DNA of 64,000 nt, taken from positions 174,996 to 238,995 of the forward strand of contig NW_013657624.1 in assembly GCF_000142905.1 (NCBI RefSeq), given 5' to 3'. The stretch's first letter is position 1; each line of letters starts with the position of its first letter. Origin of the DNA: Thecamonas trahens ATCC 50062 (lineage: Eukaryota > Protista > Apusomonadida). The notes below the pieces were generated by a model. That model ran no database searches. It worked only from the letters and a program-made list of their open reading frames with translations, and was not told the DNA's origin. This document shows, piece by piece, positions 10,008 through 20,025 of this stretch. Both the position numbers and the translations under genes were made by a program.

Positions 10008-11750
10008 TCACGGCCCTTGCTGGATGTGCAGGAGCGGCGTGGTGTCGACGATGACCCGCTTGACCTGTTCGAGATGATCGCCGAGGACAGCGTTGCCAAG
10101 GGCGATGCCGACGCCACAGCGTGCGCGCGCGACGAGCTCTGGATCATCGACGCGGATGGCAAGCTGCATAGCGGTCTCGTAGTAGTGCTGGGCCTCGTCG
10201 TACATGCCCTGGTCGTTGACGTATTGGCCGAGGTCGGCGTAGGTCTTGGCTGCGGCCTGGCGGTCGGCGTCGGCGAGGAGGTCTGCGGCGCCGGCGTAGT
10301 AGCGGATGGCCGACTCGACGTCCGAGATGGCGGCAAAGAGGTCGCCGAGCTGAGAGTATGCGGTCGCCTTTTCGTGCACGTCGCCGAGCGCGTCAGCGAG
10401 CTCGACCCTGCGCTGGATGAAGCGCACACCCTCTTCGGGCGACGAGAGGCGGCCGAGGGCGGCGCCGAGCTGGCCGGCGGCCATTGCCTCGCCTGACGGG
10501 TCGCGGAGGGATGTGGCGAGCTCGAGAGCGCGCTCGTAGTGCTGGATAGCGAGGTCGTCTTGTCCGAGTGCAGTGTAACAGAGGCCCATGTTGTGCTGCG
10601 CAATAAACTGGCCGGCCTCGTCGGCGATCTCGGCATGCTTGGCGTGGCAGAGCAGGGCGAGCTTGTAGTTCTCGCCGCCGAGGACCTGGTAGTCGACGCC
10701 CATGTGGTTGTAGGCAAGCGCCTCGCCGAGCACGTCGCCGGCGCGGTGGCACGCGGCGAGATACTTGCGATAGCACTCGAGCGCCTTTTCGTACTGCGCC
10801 TCGTTGTCGTAGAGGATGCCCTGCGAAAAGTACGACTTGGCCTCGTTGCCGGAGAGCCCGGCCCGGAGCGAGGAGTCGGCGAGCACTGCATGGTCCTTGA
10901 GCGAAGTGCGGACGGTGATGGCCACGCGTTTGGGCACGGCAGCGTTGGTGCTTGCGCTGGCGCTGCCGCCTACGCTGGCGCTGCCGCCTGCGCTCCGCAT
11001 TCCGCCCGACCCTGCCGGCGAGGCTGGCCCGGCGGAGAGGGCGAGGCCGGCGGTGGCGGTCTCGCCGCTCTTGCCGGCCGGCAGCAGCGGCAGTGGATCA
11101 AGTCTGGGCGGCACCTCCCTCCGTCGCCTCAGCGGCGACCTCGCGGGCTTGCCCTTGCTCCTCCGCACCTCGTCCGCCATGCCCAGCAGCAGCGCGGCGA
11201 TGTCCTTCTCGCCGCGGGGACCCTCGCCATCGGCGTTGTCGCCGGCGCCAGCGCCGCCCCGCTGTGGGCTCTGCCTGCTGGCCCGCCCGGACCGCGATGG
11301 CGAAGCGCGCCGCGGCGGCGACGAGCCACCGCCAGCACCCACGCCTGGCATCGCCGCCATGGCCGATGCCGCCGAGTTCAGCGCCGACGGCGGGCCGCGG
11401 ACGTCGCCCTGCGGGTGCAGCCGGATCGTCTCGTCCTCGAGCGACGGATCCCAGTGTGAGGTGCCCATGGCGCGGATGGTGTTGGTCGGGCGAAGATGGG
11501 CGTCCTGCGGAGCTTCGACATCGGCCTCGGAGCCCATCAGCGTTGACCGGCGTGTGGCGGGCGTGAGCGACGAGTACGCCGCGTTGAACGCGAGCGAGCC
11601 GCTCGGAACCTCTTCCTCTCCCACCCCTCTTGATCCTGTGGACGGGCCGGGCCAAGGCGGTGCGGATGACAGGCAAGGCCACAACGGGCGATGCGACCGA
11701 GTCCGCGAACCATGCCGTTGGCGGCAAGCCGCGAGGAGGAGGATGGCCAT
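10008..11750 (-). CDS. Tetratricopeptide-repeat protein with low-complexity N-terminus (start may be 11537)
   Basis: About 7 TPR-like repeats, e.g. EAKSYFSQGILYDNEAQYEKALECY, GEALAYNHMGVDY, AQHNMGLCYTALGQDDLAIQHYERAL. Confidence 0.85.
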   Translation of the reverse strand: MAILLLAACRQRHGSRTRSHRPLWPCLSSAPPWPGPSTGSRGVGEEEVPSGSLAFNAAYSSLTPATRRSTLMGSEADVEAPQDAHLRPTNTIRAMGTSHWDPSLEDETIRLHPQGDVRGPPSALNSAASAMAAMPGVGAGGGSSPPRRASPSRSGRASRQSPQRGGAGAGDNADGEGPRGEKDIAALLLGMADEVRRSKGKPARSPLRRRREVPPRLDPLPLLPAGKSGETATAGLALSAGPASPAGSGGMRSAGGSASVGGSASASTNAAVPKRVAITVRTSLKDHAVLADSSLRAGLSGNEAKSYFSQGILYDNEAQYEKALECYRKYLAACHRAGDVLGEALAYNHMGVDYQVLGGENYKLALLCHAKHAEIADEAGQFIAQHNMGLCYTALGQDDLAIQHYERALELATSLRDPSGEAMAAGQLGAALGRLSSPEEGVRFIQRRVELADALGDVHEKATAYSQLGDLFAAISDVESAIRYYAGAADLLADADRQAAAKTYADLGQYVNDQGMYDEAQHYYETAMQLAIRVDDPELVARARCGVGIALGNAVLGDHLEQVKRVIVDTTPLLHIQQGP

Positions 11751-11865
11751 AGGGCGTGCGGATCGAGTCAATTTCGTGGTGCCACCACCATTGCATGCAA
11801 CGATATTTCAATGTGAGTGACAATGGCTATACCCACGACCACAGGTACCATGACGAGGTCCATCC

Positions 11866-11913
11866 TCCCCTCCCCTGTCCCCTCCCCTGTCCCCTCCCCT
11901 GTCCCCTCCCCTG
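11866..11913. repeat. 12-nt minisatellite (CCCCTCCCCTGT) x4
   Basis: Read directly from the sequence. Confidence 0.85.
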
Positions 11914-12180
11914 TTCCCCCCCCCCCCTCCCCGAGCACGTCGACATGGCCCGACTCTTGTCCGTACCGCGTGTGACCTTGCGGACATGGTACAGGCCCTC
12001 TGCAGCCTCTGCATGGCGGAATAGATGGACAAAGTTGGCAAGAGGGGAGCTCATTCCTCCCGTTGCTCTCCCGCTTCCGTCCTCTCACGTCGGCAAAGAA
12101 GAGTGTCACCGCCGTTGGTCCGTTGCCGCTCACTGTCTGCCCGCCCGCCACTCGCCGCACCACCAACGATAATTTCAACA

Positions 12181-12520
12181 ACAAATGATCGTAACGAATG
12201 ATCACATGGCAACGATCACCACCAACAATCACCACCAACAATCACCCCCACAACGATCACCACCAACAATCACCCCCACAACGATCACCACCACCACCAC
12301 CATCACCAACCACCAACGATCATCCCAACGATAAAACAATCGTTTGACTGACAAATGATCGTAACGAATGATCACATGGCAACGATCACCACCAACGATC
12401 ACCACCAACAATCACCCCCACAACGATCACCACCAACAATCACCCCCACAACGATCACCACCACCACCACCATCACCAACCACCAACGATCATCCCAACG
12501 ACAAAACAATCGTTTGACTG
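12181..12520. repeat. 170-nt tandem duplication built from CAC/CAA-rich subrepeats
   Basis: ACAAATGATC...CGTTTGACTG at 12181-12350 and 12351-12520, about 2 mismatches. Confidence 0.92.
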
Positions 12521-12574
12521 CTCGACCGTTTTTCGCCGCTACACGTGACGCACCTGACCGTGAGCCCGTCGAAC

Positions 12575-13642
12575 ATGATGAACGCAGGCAGGACGTGTAT
12601 GGTCCTCACACTTTTGCTGATGTGTGCGTATGCCTTGGTGGCTCCGCCTCCGCTCCCCTCGTTCACCTGCACGCGGCCGGAAACGCCTCCACCGCCGGCA
12701 GCGTCCATGCGGAGCCTACACCCGGGCAACGTCGATGTGGTCATGGCTTTGGGAGATTCGATCACGGCGGGCTTTGCCATGCGTGGCGTCTTTCCTGCCG
12801 ATGTTCTCGAGTGGCGAGGCGATGTGTACTCGATGGGCGGGAACAAGGGCGCGCTGACGGTCGCCAACTTTATCAAGACGTACAACAGTCATGTGGTCGG
12901 CGCCGCGACGGGAACGAGCCTGCCGCTGACAAAGGGCAAGGCGCTTAATGCTGCTGTGTCGGGTGCAAAGATCTCAGACGTGCCGGCACAGATCGAGTAT
13001 CTCGAGCACACGTTCAAGACCAAGTACGCCTCGACGTCGCTGGCAGACTCGAACAAGCTGCTCACGCTCTGGATCGGCGCCAACGACATCTGCGGCGCGT
13101 GCAAGCACGGCAACATCTCAGCGCAGGCTGCGGCGTACGAGGCCAAGATGGAGGCGGTGCTCGACAAGGTCTTTGCCACATTTCCGCGCACCTTTGTCTC
13201 GGTCCTCACCATCTTCAACGTCTCGGACGTCTACGTCGCCGGCCAGCAGAAGGCCTACTGCCGCGAGATCTTCAAGATCGTCCAGTCCGAGTGCGGATGC
13301 ATGGAAAAGTACGGCTGGGAGGGCCGCGCCGCCATGGGCGAGGCCGTCGTTGCCTTCAACAACGTTACCCACGCCGTCGTCGCCAAGTTCCAGGCCAAGC
13401 TCGATCCGGCCACCTCCTGGGTCGTCGTCCAGCCACAGAACGAGCGTGCGAACATCCCAGCCATGGGCGAGGACTACCTCTCCGATCTGGACTGCTTCCA
13501 CCCGTCGCTGTTTGGTGACAAGGCCTTTGCCATCGGCCTCTGGAACAACATGTTCCTCCCGCCCGATCGCAAGGTCCACACCCTCAACCCGACCGTCGAC
13601 GGCCATATCTACTGTCCGACCTCTTCAGACGTCATTCAGTAG
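12575..13642 (+). CDS. PLB1: Secreted GDSL/SGNH lipase, phospholipase B1-like
   Basis: Signal peptide; SLHPGNVDVVMALGDSITAGF, LNAAVSGA, LLTLWIGANDIC, YLSDLDCFHPS, AIGLWNNM. Confidence 0.92.
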   Translation: MMNAGRTCMVLTLLLMCAYALVAPPPLPSFTCTRPETPPPPAASMRSLHPGNVDVVMALGDSITAGFAMRGVFPADVLEWRGDVYSMGGNKGALTVANFIKTYNSHVVGAATGTSLPLTKGKALNAAVSGAKISDVPAQIEYLEHTFKTKYASTSLADSNKLLTLWIGANDICGACKHGNISAQAAAYEAKMEAVLDKVFATFPRTFVSVLTIFNVSDVYVAGQQKAYCREIFKIVQSECGCMEKYGWEGRAAMGEAVVAFNNVTHAVVAKFQAKLDPATSWVVVQPQNERANIPAMGEDYLSDLDCFHPSLFGDKAFAIGLWNNMFLPPDRKVHTLNPTVDGHIYCPTSSDVIQ

Positions 13643-13883
13643 TCACCCCTCCGCCTGCCCGCCAATTCCCACAACCTCTGGCCGCACCGCGCCGAACCCA
13701 ACCTTGACTCGATCGCAGCGCAAAGTCGGATCGGATCGAGTCCGCCTTGGCGAGTCGAACGCGTCGTTGTCGGCTGCGGGACCGATTGTTTTCATTTCAC
13801 ACACACCACTCTCGCCTCCGGTCCGCCCCCGTGCGGTCCGCTCCCCCCTTTCTTCTTCCTTCCTCCACCCCATGTGGACCCCC

Positions 13884-13902
13884 TAGCCAATGAGTACGTC
13901 AC
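13884..13902 (+). promoter_or_regulatory. CCAAT box (TAGCCAATGAG) plus CRE-like ACGTCAC upstream of the snoRNA/ALKBH6 region
   Basis: The same 11-mer TAGCCAATGAG occurs at 46819-46829. ACGTCAC recurs in other upstream regions. Confidence 0.4.
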
Positions 13903-14074
13903 ACGCCATGCCTCCCCTCCTTGCCTGCATACCCTACAGACGCGCGTCCTTGCGGACGGCGGCTGTGTAGGGGCTGTGGGTTGGGCTATTTTTTCGAGAT
14001 GGTGAGATTGTCGCGGCTGCGACTTCCCCCAAAAAATCGATGACTGCGCGCTCAGCGTGCTCTCGATGTCGCGG

Positions 14075-14156
14075 TGTACATGATGAGACGTAACGCTTGG
14101 CTACTGAATAACCATGTAGACTAGCAAAACAATATATCTTCTTTCCACTGATGCCC
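14075..14156 (+). ncRNA. C/D box snoRNA, double guide for LSU rRNA 2'-O-methylation
   Basis: C box ATGATGA 14080-86, D' CTGA 14104-07, C'-like ATGTAGA 14114-20, D CTGA 14148-51, short terminal stem. Guides AACGCTTGGCT and TCTTCTTTCC are antisense to the conserved LSU motifs AGCCAAGCGUU and GGAAAGAAGA. Confidence 0.85.
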
Positions 14157-14650
14157 TTCCTCTCCATACGCTCCTGTCCGAGGAAGCGTGGAGATGGTCG
14201 GCACGACAATCCACCTTTATTTTTGTGTGTGTGTGTGGCCCCCAATTATTTCACGACCTTTTCTCACCGCTCCACGTCATCCTCAACGAACACAGCTCGC
14301 TCTTTCTGCTCTCTATTCCGCCGCCCGCCTGTCCGTCACCAGCCTCAGGGTCTGCACGTCTCTTGTCCTCTGTCGATCAGACTGACCCTTTTCCCATCGC
14401 TTCAGGGATCCTCCTCGATCGGAGCTTGCTCCACTTGGACTAACCGGACCGTATCCCTCCCTCCTCCCCCTCCCCACACTCCCCACTCCCACCCCTACCC
14501 CCCCATCCCTTTTTCCCGCCTGCCCTTATTCCCATCCCTTCCCCCCTCTTCCCCCCCCCCCCCCCACACACACAATTGAAGCAAATCTCGCCAATCTCCT
14601 CTCCTCTTCCCCCACAGCCGCACACCCAACTCGGCCCATACCCTGCATCG

Positions 14651-15409
14651 ATGGCCACCGACAGCCTTCCCGAGTGGGCTACGGACCACGCATGCGGCAG
14701 CCTCGCCACGGTCTGTGTGGTCAACGAATGGTTGAGTGTGGCAGAGGAAGAACTCCTCCTGCACAAGGTGACCACCGTACCGAGCAAGCGATGGAAGGAG
14801 GTCCGCGGAAGGCGAGTCCAGTCATGGGGTGGTACGCCCATGGCCAAGGGGATGATTCCCCTTGCTCTCCCGCCTTGGCTCAAAAATCTGTGCCAACGCC
14901 TCTCGTCGCCATCATCATCATCATCATCATCATCATCGTTGTCGCCACTCTTCTGCGACTCACCGGCCAACCACGCGCTGATCAACGAGTACGCGGCCGG
15001 AGATGGCATTGCTGCCCATGAGGATGGGCCTCTGTACGAGGGCAAGGTGGCAATTGTCTCGCTGGGCGCGCCGATCGTCATGCAGTTCTTTGACAAGGTG
15101 TCGCGGGAGCAGATTGCGGCTGTTTTCCTCCCGCCGCGCTCGCTGCTTGTCTTTGCCCATGCCGCCTACACCGATGTCCTCCACTGCATCGACGCCCGTG
15201 AGCACGACGTCATAAGCCCCGAGACTGTCGACAACTACGCCGACGCCGCAGCTTGGTGCGCCGCCCATCCCTCCGCTGCCACTGTCCTCCATCCGCCCGC
15301 AACTGCCCCGCTCCCTGCTTCCCCGGCGTACACCGTCCCTCGCGCTACCCGTACCTCGATCACCATCCGCCGCGTCCTCAAGGTCTCCAAGTTCAAGCTC
15401 CGCCTCTGA
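14651..15409 (+). CDS. ALKBH6: AlkB-family 2OG-Fe(II) dioxygenase, ALKBH6-like
   Basis: EWLSVAEEELLL...RRVQSWGG...LPPWL...NHALINEYAAGDGIAAHEDGPLY...SLG...PRSLLV...LHCI...RTSITIRRV. Confidence 0.9.
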   Translation: MATDSLPEWATDHACGSLATVCVVNEWLSVAEEELLLHKVTTVPSKRWKEVRGRRVQSWGGTPMAKGMIPLALPPWLKNLCQRLSSPSSSSSSSSSLSPLFCDSPANHALINEYAAGDGIAAHEDGPLYEGKVAIVSLGAPIVMQFFDKVSREQIAAVFLPPRSLLVFAHAAYTDVLHCIDAREHDVISPETVDNYADAAAWCAAHPSAATVLHPPATAPLPASPAYTVPRATRTSITIRRVLKVSKFKLRL

Positions 15410-15907
15410 TCGCGCCGCCGTCCCACATGCGCACGCCGTATCACGCCACACGGTACCATACCGTGACGTCGCGCCTGGCTTGCGAGTCCCTTCACCACAT
15501 CTGGGTTGCCGCCTGCCGGCTCAACGGCGACTCTACGGGCTCGATGACTCTTGGAGAGAGAAAGAGAACGAGGCTCTCTTCCAGTCTGCCCCTCTCCATC
15601 GCATCGCTACCACTCGCATCGTGCCTGCGTCCTGCCCACCCACCATCCCATCAGCGCTCTATCGCCGTCCATGCACCATCGACCTGACGGGGTTTGGAAA
15701 GCGTAGCCAGGATCAATCGTTCGCTCCAGTATGACCTGCTTCGCCCAGCTGCTTTGCTCAGCTCGGGGCACGGCAGACAGGCACGGCCAAACAGCGAGGC
15801 GGTTGAGCATATGATTCAATACAATTGATTGAACGACAATGGCGTGCGGTAATTGCTACCACTCGTCTTCTTTCACAGAGACAACCAAGCTTTACGAAAC
15901 TACCATC

Positions 15908-16915
15908 ATGTCTGCCAACACCGAGCAGTACGTTACCTCCATACCATCTCCTGACATCTTTCCCAACCTCTACCAGTACCACATGTACCTCTGGTATTGG
16001 TACTCTCATAACTTTGCCCATACCCGCTACCTGTGGCAAAGCTGTCAACCCCCCCCCCCCCCCCCCACCCCTCACGGGGGGGAGGGGGGGGGACAGCCGG
16101 TTGTGGATGCGGCCATTTTTTTGGTGGATGGCGAGTTCGTCAAGCCGTCCCCCACACCCGTTCTGCACCTGCTACATGAGTGTTACGGCTGTTGCGAGCA
16201 TGCGCAAATCAACTACGACTTGTGCCACATCTCCATCATCCCCATACCCCACTTTCCCGCTCTCTATATCCTCTTCTTCCCCCACACCACCCTCGGCCAT
16301 CCCCGCCCCGCTCTGTCGGATTGATCGAGCCTCGCTCGGATCCTGACTCGGTCGGCCGGTCCTGAGGGGCTTCCTCAACCCGTAACGGGCTTGCGGTATT
16401 TCCTTTGACGCGGAAAAGAAGCAGGATGGACATAGCGCATGTCGAACTATGCACCTACCTCGTTTTCCTGCCTTGTTCAGCTCATCTCCGCCATTGCGCC
16501 CGCCTTGCGCCATGTTTATGGAACACGGTGGGTGGCAAATTGGTGGCGGCGAGGAAGGCAGGCGAAGAAGCAGGGTCATGACGACCGCATGCGGAGGAGA
16601 GCAGGGTCATGACGACCGCATGCGGAGGAAAGCACATTGCGATGGACGACTCACACGCGATCCCCCCCCCCCCCCCCCTCCCCCCCCTCCCCCCCTCTCT
16701 CGGTACAACAGTATTGACAACCCGCCCGTGGAGTCGGGCATCCAGGGTGACATCACCGACGCCGACATCGACTCGAACTGGTTCGAGGTTGTCGAGTCGT
16801 TCGACGACATGGGCCTCCAGGAGAACCTCCTCCGTGGCATCTACGCCTACGGTTTCGAGCGCCCGTCTGCTATTCAGCAGCGCGCGATTGTGCCGGTTCT
16901 GACTGGCCGTGACGT

Positions 16916-16948
<33 letters not shown>

Positions 16949-17921
16949 GGCGACGTTCACGATCTCGATCCTCCAGTCTGTGGACACCTCGCTCAACGAG
17001 ACGCAGGCTCTTGTGCTCGCGCCGACGCGCGAGCTTGCCACGCAGATTCAGTCGGTGATGATCGCGCTGGGCGACTACATGTCGACGACTGTGCACGCGT
17101 GCATCGGTGGTACGCTGGTGCGCGAGGACATGCGCACGCTCGAGCAGGGCATCCACATCATTGTGGGTACGCCCGGCCGTGTGTTCGACATGATCAACCG
17201 CCGCGCGCTCCGCGTCGACCACCTCAAGATGTTTGTGCTCGATGAGGCTGATGAGATGCTCTCGCGTGGCTTCAAGGACCAGATCTATGACATCTTCTGC
17301 CTGCTCCCGTCCAAGGTCCAGGTTGTCCTCCTCTCGGCCACCATGCCGCTCGATGTGCTCGAGGTGACGCAGCGCTTCATGCGCGACCCGATCCGGATCC
17401 TCGTCAAGCGCGACGAGCTGACCCTTGAGGGTATCAAGCAGTTCTACGTCGCCGTCGAGCGCGAGGAGTGGAAGCTCGACACGCTCTGCGACCTGTACGA
17501 GACGCTGACCATCACCCAGGCCGTCATCTTCGTCAACACCCGCCGCAAGGTCGACTGGCTCACCAACATGATGACCGAGCGCGACTTTACCGTCTCGTCG
17601 ATGCACGGTGACATGGAGCAGCGCGAGCGTGACCTCATCATGCAGGAGTTCCGCACCGGCTCGTCGCGTGTCCTCATCACCACCGATCTGCTCGCCCGTG
17701 GTATCGATGTCCAGCAGGTTTCGCTCGTCATCAACTTTGACCTCCCGTCGAACCGCGAGAACTACGTGCACCGCATCGGCCGCGGTGGTCGTTTCGGCCG
17801 TAAGGGTGTCGCCATCAACTTTGTCACCAACGATGACGTCCGCATCCTGCGCGACCTCGAGGCTTTCTACTCGACCTCGATCGAGGAGATGCCCGCCACT
17901 GTTGCCGACCTCATCTCGTAA
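15908..17921 (+). CDS. EIF4A: Translation initiation factor eIF4A (DEAD-box helicase); join(15908..15927,16712..17921)
   Basis: [46 protein letters not shown]. The 20-nt first exon MSANTEH has a GTACGT donor and joins in phase at the CAACAG acceptor. Confidence 0.97.
16095..16232 (+). ncRNA. Candidate intronic H/ACA snoRNA in the eIF4A intron
   Basis: Hairpin 16095-16173, H box ACATGA 16174-79 directly after the stem, second hairpin with a TTGCG/CGCAA core, ACA 16227-29 plus 3 nt. Total 138 nt. Confidence 0.55.
16569..16629. repeat. 30-nt direct repeat x2 (AGCAGGGTCATGACGACCGCATGCGGAGGA) in the eIF4A intron
   Basis: Identical copies, 31-nt period. Confidence 0.9.
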
Positions 17922-18003
17922 GGCACTGTGCTCTGGACTCTAACAAACAACAAAGCTCTTTCGCTGCGTGGGCGAGTGTGTGCGTGTGTATGCAAGGGGG
18001 GCG

Positions 18004-19481
18004 CTAGTGCCATGCCGAGATGTTGCCCTTGGTGCGCGCGTTAAAGCCCGGGAGGCGCGACAGGTCCGACTGGCGCGAGGCGTTGGAGAGGTACGACGAG
18101 GCATACGACTCGTCGAGGCGCGAGGCCGAGGTTGAGGCGGTGCCGGGCGCGCGGTCGCGGCGGCGGCGACGACGGGCGGAAGGCGGCGGCGACGGGACGG
18201 CGTCGGGTGGGAGCGTGCCGAGGATCATGTCTGGGAACTGCTCGGCCATGGCCTTGAGGCCGCCGACAAGGAGGACCACGTTGTTGAAGCCCTGCTGAAA
18301 GAGGAGCTGCGCCACGCGCGGCGCGCGCTTCTCGGCCGAATCGTAGACAATAACGATCGAGTCGGTCTTGTTCTTGTACCTGCGGAGTTCTGGCGTAAAG
18401 ACGTTGCACGAGCGGGAGAGGCGAGCTGCCGGAAAGTGGACTGCGCCGTCGAGGTGGCACTCTGCGTACTCGTCCTCGGTCCGGATGTCGACGAGCAGGT
18501 AGCGGGGCTCAAAGTCCGGCTCGCCGCCCTCGAGGAACGACTCGATGGGTGACGCCGGTGAGGCCGGCCCGCGGAGCAGCGAGCCGCACGACGAGACCGA
18601 CATGAACGACGACGCGGTCGACGGCCGCATGGCCCGCTCCGGCACCTGTGGCGCGCCCACTCCGCCGCGGACTGAGGGCCGGTATCGAGCTGACGACGAG
18701 TTGGCCAGAAGCGGAACCTCCTGGTCGGCCGTTTCGGGTGTCGCTGCCCGCATAGCGCTCACCGGCGACACCTCGGGCCCGTCGAGCGTCGGGAGCGGGC
18801 GCCCATCGTCATCGCCACCGGCATACGGAATCGGCGTCTGCGGCTCGCTCCCGGGAAACAGCTCACCACCTACGGCGTCCTCGTACTCGCCCATGTTCTC
18901 CAGCGCCCGCATGTGCTCTGTCTGCACCAGCCGCATGAACTTGCGCGGCACAATACGGCGGAAGAGCTCACCCTTGCGCGGCGCCTCGGCTGTTGATCGA
19001 CCGCCAGCCAGCCATATAGCCATGTCCACAGCCGAGGACGATGACCATGTACCGGAACCATTCCGATCATCGAAAATAAGTTACCAAACTCCCCCCTNNN
19101 NNNNNNNNNNNNNNNNNNNNNNNNNNNNNNNNNNNNNNNNNNNNNNNNNNNNNNNNNNNNNNNNNNNNNNNNNNNNNNNNNNNNNNNNNNNNNNNNNNNN
19201 NNNNNNNNNNNNNNNNNNNNNNNNNNNNNNNNNNNNNNNNNNNNNNNNNNNNNNNNNNNNNNNNNNNNNNNNNNNNNNNNNNNNNNNNNNNNNNNNNNNN
19301 NNNNNNNNNNNNNNNNNNNNNNNNNNNNNNNNNNNNNNNNNNNNNNNNNNNNNNNNNNTTTTTTTTTTTGCCCCGGGGCGGGGGGGGATGGGGAGGGGGT
19401 GCCTGTGTATGTGTGTGCCTGTGCATGGTGGGGACTACATACCCGCTCCTTCTTCTTCCGTGTAGAGTACGAGTACGGCAT
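18004..19481 (-). CDS. CEP41: CEP41-like rhodanese-domain centrosomal/ciliary protein (first exon 19481..19443; a middle exon probably lies in the gap)
   Basis: KGELFRRI...YLLVDIRTEDEYAECHLDGAVHFPAARLSRSCNVFTPELRRYKNK...IVIVYD...LLFQQGFNNVVLLVGGL. GTATGT donor at 19442. Confidence 0.85.
19098..19358. other. Assembly gap (N run)
   Basis: Run of N bases. Confidence 1.
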
Positions 19482-20025
19482 GTGGCAGAGATAGGTACAA
19501 CCACCAGCTGTCTCGGTTGCCGCTCTTCCTCTTCTGGCGCCAACCTGGGACAGGCAAGCGCCAACCCATCACCACCCATAAAAATTTTTTACACCCACCC
19601 CCCACCCGCTACATCCCCGACTCCCCCTTCCCCCCCCCCCCCGCCCCACTGTCCCGCCAGCACGACCACCAGCGCGACAACGGGGAGGTGGCCAGGGACG
19701 CGAGTCAAGGACGACGACCACCTCACCCTCTCACCCTCTCACCGCCACGGACCTCAGAGCACGTTCGGCAGGTACAGCACGCACCCCCTATACCCCTATA
19801 CCCCCCACCCTCCTCCTCACGTAGCCCTATGCCGAGCGGACCGACGGCGAGCCGGCCGGGAGCAAGGAGGTCGTATGCTGGCTTCTACCAAAACGCCACA
19901 CTCCTCGCCGTGGGACGGACACCAGCAGCAAGACGGAAGGTCAACCCAAAGGCATTCCTTCCTGTTCCCTCGACACCCAATCGGAACACTTCGGTCACTC
20001 TTTTCCGGCTGTCACTGCCGGTGGT

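Noticed and set aside
14396-14432. U2 snRNA-like words ATCGCTTC and GGAGCTTGCTCC
   Set aside because: No GUAGUA branch-pairing sequence, no Sm site, and the spacing is wrong.
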